Below, piece by piece: positions 40,623 to 50,676 of a stretch of DNA of 64,000 nt; the stretch's first letter is position 1, and the number at the start of each line of letters is the position of its first letter. The position numbers were made by a program, and so were the translations under genes. Where the stretch lies: assembly GCA_052437175.1 (NCBI GenBank), contig JBQVOK010000001.1, positions 227,388-291,387 of the forward strand, written 5' to 3'. The stretch is from Flavobacteriales bacterium. GTDB taxonomy: Bacteria > Bacteroidota > Bacteroidia > CAIKAF01. The notes under the pieces are model-generated. The model had not been told where the DNA came from and did no database searches. It worked only from the letters and a program-made list of their open reading frames with translations.

Positions 40623-41366
40623 TTACATTATACGGTTCCATTCGTAAAAAAAGAGGGTGGCACTGATGGCTGCATTCAGTGATTCCGGGCGGTCTGCGGG
40701 GTTAGCGGCGGCAATATGAACAAATTCATCGGTCATCTTCCGCACCGTTTCCGATACGCCCCGGCTTTCGCTGCCCACAATAATCAGTGCGTTTTGCTGT
40801 TGCCGTACCTTTGTCAGGGGCTCTCCCTGCATATCGGCGGTATATATTTTTCCGTCCTGTTTAAACTCCGGCAGCTTTTCACGGTCAATATACAGGAAAG
40901 GAACGGATAAAAGACTGCCCATGGTGCTCTGTACGGTCTTGGGGTTGTACCATTCCACGCTGTCGCTGCTGAGCAGTATGCTGCGTATGCCAAACCAGTG
41001 TGCCGAACGGATAATGGTGCCCAGGTTGCCGGGGTCCTGCAGCCCGTCCAGGAAAACGCGTGTACCCTGCAGAAAGTGCGCCTGCCCGGCATTGTACTGT
41101 TTCTGGCGGAATACGCCCAGGATGCCCGGGGGAGCCGATTGCAGGCTGAGTTTGGCCAGTTCGGCCGCGCCGGTCTCGATAAGCTCGGCCGGTTTGCCCG
41201 CAGGGGCCTGCCAGCCGCCGGTATGTACAATGAACTCGGCTTCGGCACCGTGTGCAAGCAGGTCTTCCACGCATTTATAGCCCTCGGCCAGGAAGAGATT
41301 TTCCTGCTGCCGCTGCTTCTTTTGATGCAATAAGCGGATAATTTTTCGTTTCTTTTCAGACAACAT
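40623..41366 (-). CDS. TrmH/SpoU-family RNA 2'-O-methyltransferase
   Basis: SPOUT-fold motifs (GNLGTIIRSA, LIVGSESRGVS). Confidence 0.8.
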   Translation of the reverse strand: MLSEKKRKIIRLLHQKKQRQQENLFLAEGYKCVEDLLAHGAEAEFIVHTGGWQAPAGKPAELIETGAAELAKLSLQSAPPGILGVFRQKQYNAGQAHFLQGTRVFLDGLQDPGNLGTIIRSAHWFGIRSILLSSDSVEWYNPKTVQSTMGSLLSVPFLYIDREKLPEFKQDGKIYTADMQGEPLTKVRQQQNALIIVGSESRGVSETVRKMTDEFVHIAAANPADRPESLNAAISATLFFYEWNRIM

Positions 41367-41414
41367 ACGTGCTCAAAAATACAAAGGCTTTTCACTTTCG
41401 TATAATGTTGGTAG

Positions 41415-41422
41415 TATATTTG
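41415..41422 (+). promoter_or_regulatory. Bacteroidetes sigma-A -7 box (TAnnTTTG)
   Basis: TAtaTTTG lies 17 bp upstream of ATG 41440. Confidence 0.35.
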
Positions 41423-41439
41423 CAATCGTCAGGACATTC

Positions 41440-43884
41440 ATGAATAAACAAACGGCATTTGTTGTAACGCTTATCGTACTGCTTTTTACCGCGGAAGCCT
41501 GCAGCCCTACCCGGAAGCTTAAGGAGGGCGAACGTTTGCTTATTAAGAACAAGATCATCGAAGAAGATAAAAAGGAAAAGGGCTCCGCACTTGAGACCGA
41601 AGACTACGTGCTGCAGAAGCCCAATAAAAAACTGCTGGGCATCTGGCGTTTTAACCTGTGGGTATATAACCTGGTGAACCAGGAAAAAATGCGCCGCAAC
41701 CAGGTGCGCAAAGATTCCCTTACCGAAGTGAAAAATGAGGCCCGCCTGGCCAAAGGTAAGCCCGAAAAGGAACCGAAACCGGTTTTCGGGGCCCGCCTGC
41801 TTAAATTCGGGGAACCGCCCGCCATATACGATTCTTCGCTTACCCAGATGTCGAACCGCAATATGGAGCAATACCTGTTCAACAAAGGCTATTTTCATGC
41901 CCATGTGCGCGACAGCACCTCATTCCGCGGAAAGAAAAAGGTACTCAAGTACTACTTTATTACCTACGGCCCGGCGCATACCTACCGCAACGTAAGTATG
42001 ATCATCGACGACCCGCGCTTAAAAAGTGCCATGGAAAAGGAACGTATCTTTAAGGATACTCCCCTGAAGACCGGTGAACGCTTCGACCTGGACCAGATCG
42101 ACGAGGAACGTATGCGCATTACCAAGGCCATGCGTAAACAGGGCTATTTCTTCTTTAATAACCAATATGTAGAGTTTGCCGCCGATACGGGCCTGCCCGA
42201 TAACAAGATCGATATCAGCCTGCGTATCCGCGACCCGCAGATATCCATGCGCCGCGGCAACGATACCGTGGTGATCAGCAAACATATACCCTGCAAGATC
42301 CGCTACGTATACGTAGAACCGGAGTACCGCCCGGGCGTGGACCAGAAATACAGCCATGCCGATACCTTTTACCTGGACCGCAACCCCTACATTATCCTAC
42401 ACAACGGCAACCTGAAGTATACGCCGCGCATCCTTACCAAACAGATCATCATTGAATCGGGCAATTATTTCAATACCGACGATAACGACATCACCTACCA
42501 GAATTTTTCTTCCCTGCGCAATTTCAAGTACATCAATATCGACTTTTCCTATATAGAGACCAAAGGCAATGTCGGGTACCTGGATTGTTACATAAAGCTT
42601 TCGCCCAGCAAACGGCAGTCGTTCAGCGCTTCGTTCCAGGGTACCACCACGGGGGCCTATCCCGGGCTGGAGGCCTCGTTCTCGTACCAGAACAAAAATG
42701 CCTTCTTTTCGGCCGAACAGCTGGAGTTTCGCCTCTTCGGACGTGCCGAAAGCCAGATCATCAACGATACCACTTTCCAGAATATCCGCCGGGTGTTCAA
42801 TACGCTGGAGTTCGGGGGCGAATTTTCCATCAAGTTCCCCAAATTCCTGGTGCCGTTCAATATAGGCCGCTATTCCAAACGGAATAACCCGCTTACCACG
42901 CTGCGCCTGCCCATTACCTACCAGACCCGTCCCGACTATGCACGCTTCCTCAGCAATATCTCGTTCGGCTACGAATGGAACGAAACCCCGCAGAAAAGAC
43001 ACCGCTTTAACCCGGTAGAGTTCACCATTATCCGGGTACAGCTGTCCGACCATTTCCGCAAGACCCTGCAGCAGAGCCAGGACCGCTTCCTGCTGAACAG
43101 TTTTACGAACCATATTATTTCCTCCACTTCCTATACATACCTGTATTCCAACTACAAGGCCAACAACACGCCCGGCAATTATGTAACGCTGAAGGCCGGT
43201 ATCGAGTACGGTGGCAATATCCTGTACGGGCTGGCAAAGGCGGGTAAATGGAAGCAGGACAGCACGGGGCGTTACCTGATCTCCTACGTACCCTTTGCCC
43301 AGTTTGTAAAAACGGAATTCGATTTCAGGGACTACTGGGTCATGAGCAAGCGGAATACCCTGGCTTTCCGTGCGGTACTGGGGGTGGGGGTGCCCTATGG
43401 CAACTCGAACGTAATGCCTTTCGAAAAATCGTTCTCGGCGGCCGGGGCCAACGACCTGCGCGGGTTCATTGCCCGCCGCCTGGGGCCGGGTTCACACTAT
43501 TCGGGCGGCCTGTTCGATCAGTTCGGCGATATTAAACTGCTGTTCACCCTGGAAGAACGCTTTAAACTTACCGACCAGATCGAGCTGGGCCTCTATGCCG
43601 ATGCCGGTAACATCTGGCTCATGCGCAAAGACCTGGACCGCGAATTCGGGGAGTTCCGCTTCGACCGTTTCTATAAGGAAATTGCCATCAGCGCCGGCCT
43701 GGGACTGAGGCTTAACCTGGGTTTCTTTATCTTCAGGCTCGATCCGGCCTTCCCGGTGTATAACCCGGCCTCGGTAAATAATTTCGACCCCAATACCACC
43801 GAAAAAGACCGCGATCCCTGGCGCATTAAATACCTGCGGTTTAGAGACCTGCGCTGGAATTTTGCCATCGGCTACCCGTTCTGA
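41440..43884 (+). CDS. Omp85/BamA-family outer-membrane protein (translocation/assembly module)
   Basis: 814 aa. Signal/lipobox (LFTAEACS), POTRA-like N-terminal region and a C-terminal beta-barrel ending in an aromatic residue (…NFAIGYPF). A TAtaTTTG -7 box lies 17 bp upstream. Confidence 0.7.
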   Translation: MNKQTAFVVTLIVLLFTAEACSPTRKLKEGERLLIKNKIIEEDKKEKGSALETEDYVLQKPNKKLLGIWRFNLWVYNLVNQEKMRRNQVRKDSLTEVKNEARLAKGKPEKEPKPVFGARLLKFGEPPAIYDSSLTQMSNRNMEQYLFNKGYFHAHVRDSTSFRGKKKVLKYYFITYGPAHTYRNVSMIIDDPRLKSAMEKERIFKDTPLKTGERFDLDQIDEERMRITKAMRKQGYFFFNNQYVEFAADTGLPDNKIDISLRIRDPQISMRRGNDTVVISKHIPCKIRYVYVEPEYRPGVDQKYSHADTFYLDRNPYIILHNGNLKYTPRILTKQIIIESGNYFNTDDNDITYQNFSSLRNFKYINIDFSYIETKGNVGYLDCYIKLSPSKRQSFSASFQGTTTGAYPGLEASFSYQNKNAFFSAEQLEFRLFGRAESQIINDTTFQNIRRVFNTLEFGGEFSIKFPKFLVPFNIGRYSKRNNPLTTLRLPITYQTRPDYARFLSNISFGYEWNETPQKRHRFNPVEFTIIRVQLSDHFRKTLQQSQDRFLLNSFTNHIISSTSYTYLYSNYKANNTPGNYVTLKAGIEYGGNILYGLAKAGKWKQDSTGRYLISYVPFAQFVKTEFDFRDYWVMSKRNTLAFRAVLGVGVPYGNSNVMPFEKSFSAAGANDLRGFIARRLGPGSHYSGGLFDQFGDIKLLFTLEERFKLTDQIELGLYADAGNIWLMRKDLDREFGEFRFDRFYKEIAISAGLGLRLNLGFFIFRLDPAFPVYNPASVNNFDPNTTEKDRDPWRIKYLRFRDLRWNFAIGYPF

Positions 43885-43948
43885 TGCGCCTCTTAAAAAA
43901 AGTTATTTACTAAAATAAATAATCATTTGCGCAGTTTAGCATAATATA

Positions 43949-43956
43949 TACCTTTG
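43949..43956 (+). promoter_or_regulatory. Bacteroidetes sigma-A -7 box (TAnnTTTG)
   Basis: TAccTTTG lies 21 bp upstream of ATG 43977. Confidence 0.35.
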
Positions 43957-43976
43957 TTGCAAACAGAGATTAATTT

Positions 43977-44192
43977 ATGAAAAAATTAGCAATCTATTCA
44001 GGTGTTATAGCCGTGTTGACGTTGAGTTCCTGTGCAGAAAAAGTTTGTATCAAATGTACGCCCATCCCGGGCCAGGCAGGCGAAGACCAGACACTCTGCT
44101 CCCGTAATGCCGATGAACGCAAGCAGTTCCAGACAGACTGGATCTACCAGGGCTACAACTGTGCTACCACTGAAGAGACTTCAGCAGAGTAA
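43977..44192 (+). CDS. Small cysteine-rich lipoprotein
   Basis: 71 aa with lipobox LTLSSC and six Cys. A TAccTTTG -7 box lies 21 bp upstream. Confidence 0.45.
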   Translation: MKKLAIYSGVIAVLTLSSCAEKVCIKCTPIPGQAGEDQTLCSRNADERKQFQTDWIYQGYNCATTEETSAE

Positions 44193-44227
44193 GGGTAAAA
44201 TTGGGTTAAAGTAAAATTCAGATAACT

Positions 44228-45088
44228 ATGAAAGTAATGAAGTTAAGCGTACTGAGTACGCTGGTGGCTGCCGGGCTGATGCTGGGCGCCTGTGGTGGAA
44301 CAGGTTCGAATGCCGAACTGGAAAAACTGAAAGCTGAAAATGCAAAGTTACAGGACGATTTGAAAAACCGGGATTCTCAGGTGGACGAGATGATGGCCGA
44401 TTTCAATTCGATCGAAGATAACCTCCTGCAGGTTCAGCAGAAAGAGAAGGCCATCGCTGCCGGCGATGTGCAGAACAGCGCTGAAACAGGCGGAGATGCC
44501 AAAGCACGCATCGAGGCCGAAATTCAGTCGATCAACGAACTGATGGCCAAAAACAAGGAGCAGATCGCTTCTTTACAGAAGAAGATCAAAAACTCCAACA
44601 TGAAGATCGGTCAGTTCGAGAAAACCATCGAACGTCTCAACCTGCTGATCCAGGAGAAAGATGCAGAGATCACCGCTCTGAACGAGAAACTGGTTGCTCT
44701 TAACTACCAGGTGGAAGGTCTGAACCGTTCGGTTGACTCCCTGCGCGTGGATGGCGAGACCAAAAGCGCTACCATCGCGAGCAAGGACGATGAGCTGAAT
44801 AAAGTATACTACGCCATGGGTACCAAAAAAGAACTCATTGCCAACGGTGTACTTTCTAAAGACGGTGTTTTCAGCGGTGGAAAAGGCAAAACACTCAACT
44901 TTAGCAGCAATTACTTTACACAGGGTGATGCACGTACACTTTCTTCCATCAATATCGGTGGTAAAAAAGTGAAACTGCTTTCTTCGCACCCGACCAGCAG
45001 CTATACCCTTAGCGGTGAAAAGCTGGAGATCAAAGATGCCGCAGCATTCTGGAAGGCTTCCAAATACTGTGTGATCGAAGTACGATAA
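44228..45088 (+). CDS. Coiled-coil lipoprotein
   Basis: Lipobox LMLGACGG. The N-terminal half has heptad-rich sequence (ELEKLKAENAKLQDDLK...). Confidence 0.5.
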   Translation: MKVMKLSVLSTLVAAGLMLGACGGTGSNAELEKLKAENAKLQDDLKNRDSQVDEMMADFNSIEDNLLQVQQKEKAIAAGDVQNSAETGGDAKARIEAEIQSINELMAKNKEQIASLQKKIKNSNMKIGQFEKTIERLNLLIQEKDAEITALNEKLVALNYQVEGLNRSVDSLRVDGETKSATIASKDDELNKVYYAMGTKKELIANGVLSKDGVFSGGKGKTLNFSSNYFTQGDARTLSSINIGGKKVKLLSSHPTSSYTLSGEKLEIKDAAAFWKASKYCVIEVR

Positions 45089-45112
45089 ACCAGGATATTA
45101 AACGTTCTATAA

Positions 45113-45146
45113 AGACCGTTCCGCTGTGGCGGAGCGGTCTTTTTTC
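45113..45146 (+). terminator. Rho-independent terminator
   Basis: Hairpin agaccgttccgc-tgtg-gcggagcggtct followed by T6. Confidence 0.65.
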
Positions 45147-45258
45147 TTGTCCATACGCGCCTTTTTGTGCCATTCGTAGCTACTACCCATTACACAAAAC
45201 GGCAAAGAAAAAATTGTACAGTTCGGTAATTTTTGTAAATTGTATTTACTAAGTTGTT

Positions 45259-45546
45259 TTGTCTATGGAAAGAGTACCAATGATCGCCAAGGAAGAAATA
45301 CGTTCCGTGGGAGTAGGTCACCGCGCTGCAGCCATCAGTGATGAAGAGCGCTCGCTGCTGCAGCGGAAAATTGAAAGAGCCGCGTTGCTGGGCAACGGGT
45401 ATAAAAGTAAGGTACGCATTGTATTTGAAACCAATGAGGGGCCCAGGGCCGTGGAAACCACGGTGTGGTCGGCCGATGAAAAGGGAATAGCGCTCAAGAG
45501 CGGCGTGTTTATCCCGCTCGATGCCCTGTACGATGTAGAATTATAG
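45259..45546 (+). CDS. Hypothetical protein
   Basis: 95-aa ORF with coding-like composition. The stop overlaps the lpxD stop region. Confidence 0.35.
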   Translation: MSMERVPMIAKEEIRSVGVGHRAAAISDEERSLLQRKIERAALLGNGYKSKVRIVFETNEGPRAVETTVWSADEKGIALKSGVFIPLDALYDVEL

Positions 45547-46488
45547 AACGCCCTGTTTTTCGAGGGCTTTTACAATACCCGGCAGCTTACGCAGTAAGAT
45601 CCACTCGCGGTTTTTGGCAAATGCCTCGCTGGTAGGATTACCCAGGTAACGTTTACCGGCTTCCAGATCTTCAATTACACCGGATTTGGCCAGGACCTGT
45701 GCACCTTTACCGATGTGTACTTCCTTGGTAACGCCGATCTGTCCCCAGAGGATCACTTCGTCCTCGATACGGCATACGCCGGCTATGGCACATTGTGCGG
45801 CCATCAGCACGCGTTCGCCGATATAGGTATCGTGTCCTACGTGTATCTGGTTATCGAATTTACAACCCTTACTGATAATGGTATCGCCGGTAACGCCGCG
45901 GTCTATCGTACACAGGGCGCCCAGTTCCACATCGTCGCCGATAAGCACGCGGCCGCAGGTCTGGAATTTATCGTAATACCCGGGGCGGCCCTTGAAGTAA
46001 AAGGCGTCCGCACCGATCACACAACCGGCATGAATAATGCAGTTCTTCCCGATCACCACATCGCGGTAGATACACACGTTGGGGTGCAGGATGGTGTTAT
46101 CGCCGATCTCTACATTGTCGCCAATGGTTACATTGGGACTGATGACCACATTTTTACCGATGCGGGCCGTGGGCGAAATGCCGTTATTGGGCTTTTGCAG
46201 GTCGGGCTTGCAGTAGGCGATCAGTTTATTGAGTGCCGAAAAAGGATCGCTGTGCACCAGCAGGTGCTTGCCGTAGGTATTTTCGGGAACGGTGTTGATA
46301 ATGACCACCGAAGCGGCCGATTGCAGCGATTTTTTGTAGTATTTGGGATGGTCGGTGAAGGTAATGTCCCCTTCTTCCACCATGTGGATCTCGTTAAGCC
46401 CGGTGGCTTTGTAGTTTTCGTCCCCGTGCACGGTGGCCCCGATCAGTTCGGCGATCGTGCGCAGGCTGAGGGCCTGTTCGAATTTCAT
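45541..46488 (-). CDS. lpxD: UDP-3-O-acylglucosamine N-acyltransferase
   Basis: Left-handed beta-helix hexapeptide repeats (IGKNVVISPNVTIGDNVEIGDNTIL...) and LpxD N-terminal domain. Confidence 0.85.
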   Translation of the reverse strand: MKFEQALSLRTIAELIGATVHGDENYKATGLNEIHMVEEGDITFTDHPKYYKKSLQSAASVVIINTVPENTYGKHLLVHSDPFSALNKLIAYCKPDLQKPNNGISPTARIGKNVVISPNVTIGDNVEIGDNTILHPNVCIYRDVVIGKNCIIHAGCVIGADAFYFKGRPGYYDKFQTCGRVLIGDDVELGALCTIDRGVTGDTIISKGCKFDNQIHVGHDTYIGERVLMAAQCAIAGVCRIEDEVILWGQIGVTKEVHIGKGAQVLAKSGVIEDLEAGKRYLGNPTSEAFAKNREWILLRKLPGIVKALEKQGVL

Positions 46489-46494
46489 CCGGCT

Positions 46495-47061
46495 TTATTT
46501 TACGCGTTCTTTATACTCACGGGTCTTGGTGTCCACACGGATACGCTCGCCCTGCTCCACGAAAAGCGGAACCATAATGCGTACCTCGTTCTCTACGGTG
46601 GCGGGCTTCATCGGGCTACCGGAAGAATCGCCCTTAACGCCGGGTTCGGTATATACGATGGTGGTTTCCACGAACTGCGGCAGTTCGGCAAACAGCGGAA
46701 TTTCCTTATCGGCATGGAACACTACCTCTATATTCTCCATACCGTCCTGCAGGAACTCGGGGGCATCAATGAGGTCGGCGGTCAGCAGCAGCTGTTCGTA
46801 GGTCTGCGAGTGCATAAAATTGTAGCCCTGTTCGTCTTTGTACAGGAACTGGTGCGGACGGCGTTCGATGGTCTGTATGTTTATTTTCTCGTCACCGCCA
46901 AAGGTATGGTCGATGAGTTTACCGCTGGTAAGACTTTTCAGTTTGGTACGCATATTGGATGAACCGCGTCCGGTCTGAAAACGGAGAAATTCCACGACCA
47001 CGAACAGGTCGTTGTTATGCTCGATGCAAAGGCCGCGTTTGATATCTGCTACTGTTGCCAT
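46495..47061 (-). CDS. efp: Translation elongation factor P
   Basis: 188 aa. The N-terminal KOW-like domain and OB folds match EF-P. Confidence 0.9.
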   Translation of the reverse strand: MATVADIKRGLCIEHNNDLFVVVEFLRFQTGRGSSNMRTKLKSLTSGKLIDHTFGGDEKINIQTIERRPHQFLYKDEQGYNFMHSQTYEQLLLTADLIDAPEFLQDGMENIEVVFHADKEIPLFAELPQFVETTIVYTEPGVKGDSSGSPMKPATVENEVRIMVPLFVEQGERIRVDTKTREYKERVK

Positions 47062-47150
47062 AATTTATTATAATAGAGTGCAAAAGTAATAATTATCTCC
47101 GAGCCGCGGAAGGGGAGCGGCGGAATATCCGGAGCGCTGCAAAAAGGCAT

Positions 47151-47181
47151 AAAAAAAGCCCCAACAGAGACTGTTGAGGCT
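47151..47181 (-). terminator. Rho-independent terminator of hup
   Basis: On the minus strand the hairpin gcctcaacag-tctc-tgttggggc is followed by T7. Confidence 0.65.
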
Positions 47182-47199
47182 TCCAAAAATGGTGTCAGA

Positions 47200-47481
47200 T
47201 TACTTTTTAGCAACTGAAGCAGACAGATCAGCACCAGCTTTGAAACGTACCACTTTTTTTGCAGGAATTTTGATCTCTTTTCCTGTCTGTGGGTTACGTC
47301 CTGTGCGGGCTTTGCGCTCAGATACAGAGAAAGAACCGAAACCTACCAGAGATACACGGCCGTCTTTCTTTTTCAGAGCAGCAGTAACTGCATCAGTGAA
47401 AGCATCTAATGCTTTTTTTGAATCAGCCTTTGTCAGGCCGGCTTTTGATGCGATAGCATCAATCAATTCAGCTTTGTTCAT
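47200..47481 (-). CDS. hup: HU-family DNA-binding protein
   Basis: MNKAELIDAIA...GFGSFSVSERKARTGRNPQTGKEIKIPAKKVVRFKAG matches histone-like HU proteins. Confidence 0.9.
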   Translation of the reverse strand: MNKAELIDAIASKAGLTKADSKKALDAFTDAVTAALKKKDGRVSLVGFGSFSVSERKARTGRNPQTGKEIKIPAKKVVRFKAGADLSASVAKK

Positions 47482-47653
47482 TTTTGATTTTGGTTTTTGG
47501 TTAATAACTTAGTTATGAACGTTTATAGTAACAAATGTAGGCGCAATCTCAATCTGTGCAATAGGTGAGGGTAAAAAAAAGCTCTTTTTGTTAATAAAAA
47601 CGGGCTTTTGTTAATAACGCAGTCCCGTAAGCCCCGTTTTTAACGGTTTTTTA

Positions 47654-48610
47654 CTATTCAATAGCGGTGTAAACCTTGCCAGCATTGGGAAAATTCCGCA
47701 TGCCTCTCAGGAAATCGGCTGCAGGCATACGTTTTTTGCCCTCGGCCTGCATTTCCTTTATGCGTATGCTGCCGTCCGCCGCATGCAGGTAAATGCCTGT
47801 CTTAGCGTCGCTTGTATAGGTCCCGGGGCTTCCCTGTACATCGTAGGCCGGTTCGGCACTGAATATTTTCAGCATCTGTATTTTTCCGGTACCCGGGTCC
47901 CAGTAAATGCGTGCCCCGGGATAGGGGCTCAGTCCGCGTACCTTATTATATATGTTGCGTATGCTGTCTTCCAGGTCCAGGATACAGTCTTCGGGGAAGA
48001 TCTTGGGTGCGGCGGGTAATGCGTCGCTGTTTACAGGCTGCGGCTGGGGCTGTATCTCTCCTTTTTCCAGTCCGTCTATGGTGCGTGCAATGAGCGGACC
48101 TCCGGCTATCATGAGGCGGTCGTGCAGGCTTCCGGCGTCTTCGTCCGCACCGATCTCCAGGCTTTCGCTCAGCAGGATATTGCCGGTATCGATCTTATCG
48201 TCGATCAGGAAGGTGGTAAGGCCCGTACGGGTCTCTCCGTTCATAACGGCGTGGTTGATGGGTGCCGCTCCCCGGTAGGCGGGCAGGAGAGAGGCGTGCA
48301 GGTTAAAGGTGCCCAGGCGCGGAATTTTCCATACCGACCGTGGCAGCATACGAAAGGCCACTACCACCATTACATCGGGGCGCAGGGCTTCCAGGGCCTG
48401 TATAAAGGCTTCGTCGCGCAGTTTTTCGGGTTGCAGCACCGGTATATGGTGTTTCAGGGCGGTCTTCTTTACATCACTTTGGTGCAGTTGCAGCCCGCGT
48501 CCGGCCGGTTTGTCGGGAACGGTGACCACTGCAGATACGTTATAGCCGTTACGCAGCAGGTATTCGAGCTGGGTGGCCGCAAAAGCCGGCGTACCCATAA
48601 AAACTATATT
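47654..48610 (-). CDS. fmt: Methionyl-tRNA formyltransferase
   Basis: MNIVFMGTPAFA...NLHASLLPAYRGAAPI motifs. I take the start at ATG 48610, not the longer track ORF. Confidence 0.85.
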   Translation of the reverse strand, partial: NIVFMGTPAFAATQLEYLLRNGYNVSAVVTVPDKPAGRGLQLHQSDVKKTALKHHIPVLQPEKLRDEAFIQALEALRPDVMVVVAFRMLPRSVWKIPRLGTFNLHASLLPAYRGAAPINHAVMNGETRTGLTTFLIDDKIDTGNILLSESLEIGADEDAGSLHDRLMIAGGPLIARTIDGLEKGEIQPQPQPVNSDALPAAPKIFPEDCILDLEDSIRNIYNKVRGLSPYPGARIYWDPGTGKIQMLKIFSAEPAYDVQGSPGTYTSDAKTGIYLHAADGSIRIKEMQAEGKKRMPAADFLRGMRNFPNAGKVYTAIE

Positions 48611-48719
48611 CATGGGCACAAAGGTAAACGATTTCGGGAGCGGCAACCGCAAAAGCACTGTGGATAACAGGCTGAAATATTGTTTTTGTGGTTCGGATGT
48701 TAAGCTTTAGTTTTGTGCC

Positions 48720-49583
48720 ATGAATCCCTACAGTATTTCGCAGGAAAAATTACCTGAGCTGTGCCGGCAGGTCCGCCGCGACATTGTACGTATGGTACAC
48801 GCCGTAAATTCGGGTCACCCGGGCGGTTCGCTCGGATGCGCCGAGTTCTTTACGGCCCTTTACGGAAGTATTATGAAGCACGATCCTTCGTCTTTCCGCA
48901 TGGACGGTATCGGCGAGGACATCTTTATCCTGTCCAACGGGCACATTTCACCGGTATGGTACAGTATACTGGCCCGCACAGGGTATTTCCCGGTGAGCGA
49001 ACTGGCCACCTTCCGCAAGCTGGATTCACGCCTGCAGGGGCACCCGGCCACGGCCGAACACCTGGAAGGTATACGTGTGGCCTCCGGCTCCCTGGGGCAG
49101 GGTCTTTCCGTAGCGCTGGGCGCGGCCCTGGCCAAGAAGCTGAACGGGGACGACCGCCGCGTATTTACCCTGCATGGTGACGGCGAGCTGCAGGAAGGCC
49201 AGATATGGGAAGCGGCCCTGGCTGCCCCCAATATGAAGGCCGATAACCTGATCTGCACCGTGGACTGGAACGGACGCCAGATCGACGGCGATACCGATAC
49301 GGTTATGCCCCTGGGCGATCTGAAAGCCAAATTCGAAGCCTTCGGATGGCTGGTGTTCGTGATCGAAAAAGGGAATGACCTGGCCGAGGTCACAGCAGGT
49401 CTGCAACGTGCGGTGGAAGCTTCGGGCAAAGGCCGCCCCGTAATGAACCTGATGCGTACCGAAATGGGCGCCGGGGTAGACTTTATGATGGGTTCGCACA
49501 AATGGCACGGCGTAGCTCCGAACGACGAACAGTTGCAGAGTGCCCTGGGCCAGCTGCAGGAAACTTCATTCGGCGATTATTAA
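48720..49583 (+). CDS. tktA: Transketolase, N-terminal (thiamine-diphosphate-binding) subunit
   Basis: Split transketolase. TPP-binding motif GHPGGSLGCAEF...GDGELQEG. Confidence 0.85.
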   Translation: MNPYSISQEKLPELCRQVRRDIVRMVHAVNSGHPGGSLGCAEFFTALYGSIMKHDPSSFRMDGIGEDIFILSNGHISPVWYSILARTGYFPVSELATFRKLDSRLQGHPATAEHLEGIRVASGSLGQGLSVALGAALAKKLNGDDRRVFTLHGDGELQEGQIWEAALAAPNMKADNLICTVDWNGRQIDGDTDTVMPLGDLKAKFEAFGWLVFVIEKGNDLAEVTAGLQRAVEASGKGRPVMNLMRTEMGAGVDFMMGSHKWHGVAPNDEQLQSALGQLQETSFGDY

Positions 49584-49604
49584 TCCCTTAAACTGTAAAC
49601 GATC

Positions 49605-50561
49605 ATGACCAGATACGAAAGCAAAGGAAATAAAGATACCCGCTCGGGTTTCGGCGACGGACTCACCGAACTCGGACGTACGAATAAAGATGTGGTGGCC
49701 CTTTGTGCCGACCTTACCGGTTCGCTTAAGATGGACACATTTGCCAAGGAGAATCCCGAACGTTTTTTCCAGGTGGGCATTGCCGAGGCCAATATGATGG
49801 GCATGGCAGCCGGCCTTACGATCGGCGGCAAGATACCTTTTACGGGTACCTTTGCCAATTTCAGCACGGGCCGCGTGTATGACCAGATCCGCCAGTCGAT
49901 CGCCTACAGCGGTAAAAACGTAAAAATAGCCGCTTCGCATGCCGGACTTACCCTGGGCGAAGACGGCGCCACACACCAGATACTGGAAGACATCGGGCTG
50001 ATGAAAATGCTGCCCGGTATGACGGTGATCTGCCCGGCAGACTATACACAGACAAAACAGGCCACCATAGCCAGTGCTGCCTGGGAAGGCCCGGTTTACC
50101 TGCGTTTCGGCCGTCCGGCCTGGCCGGTCTTTATCCCGGAAGATATGCCGTTCGAGATCGGTAAGGCCCAGCTGCTTTCCGAAGGAACGGACGTAAGCAT
50201 CATTGCCTGCGGACACCTTGTATGGCTGGCGCTCCAGGCCTGCGAAACACTGGAGAAAGAAGGTGTTTCGGCCGAGGTGATCAACCTGCATACCATAAAA
50301 CCGCTGGATACGGAAGCCGTATTAAAGAGTATACGTAAAACACGCTGCGTGGTTACGGCCGAAGAACACAATATATGGGGCGGCCTCGGGGAGACCATTT
50401 CCGGTCTGCTGGCGCGCGAACTGCCGGTTCCCCAGGAATTTGTGGCGGTGAACGATACCTTCGGCGAAAGTGGTACGCCTATGCAACTGCTCGAGAAATA
50501 CGGGCTGAATGCCGGAAGCATTGTTTCTGCAGCCCGCAGGGCGATTGAGCGTAAGGGGTAA
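49605..50561 (+). CDS. tktB: Transketolase, C-terminal (pyrimidine-binding) subunit
   Basis: Follows tktA by 21 bp. Transketolase pyrimidine-binding and C-terminal domains are present. Confidence 0.85.
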   Translation: MTRYESKGNKDTRSGFGDGLTELGRTNKDVVALCADLTGSLKMDTFAKENPERFFQVGIAEANMMGMAAGLTIGGKIPFTGTFANFSTGRVYDQIRQSIAYSGKNVKIAASHAGLTLGEDGATHQILEDIGLMKMLPGMTVICPADYTQTKQATIASAAWEGPVYLRFGRPAWPVFIPEDMPFEIGKAQLLSEGTDVSIIACGHLVWLALQACETLEKEGVSAEVINLHTIKPLDTEAVLKSIRKTRCVVTAEEHNIWGGLGETISGLLARELPVPQEFVAVNDTFGESGTPMQLLEKYGLNAGSIVSAARRAIERKG

Positions 50562-50645
50562 TCTACTGATTCAGTAGGAATTGAATCCTTGTTAAAAGGA
50601 TTTAATTTTTTAGCTCTCGTTGTTTTATTTAATGAAATGTTTATA

Positions 50646-50653
50646 TACATTTG
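50646..50653 (+). promoter_or_regulatory. Bacteroidetes sigma-A -7 box (TAnnTTTG)
   Basis: TAcaTTTG lies 23 bp upstream of ATG 50677. Confidence 0.35.
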
Positions 50654-50676
50654 ATGAAAACTAAACGTTGAGAGAC

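Noticed and set aside
45715-46962. 415-aa + strand ORF
   Set aside because: It spans lpxD and efp antisense. Both minus-strand genes have clear family motifs, so this is a shadow ORF.
48720-50561. Transketolase encoded as two genes, a possible frameshift or pseudogene
   Set aside because: Split N- and C-terminal transketolase subunits are the normal arrangement in Bacteroidota. Both halves are intact and separated by a clean 21-bp spacer.
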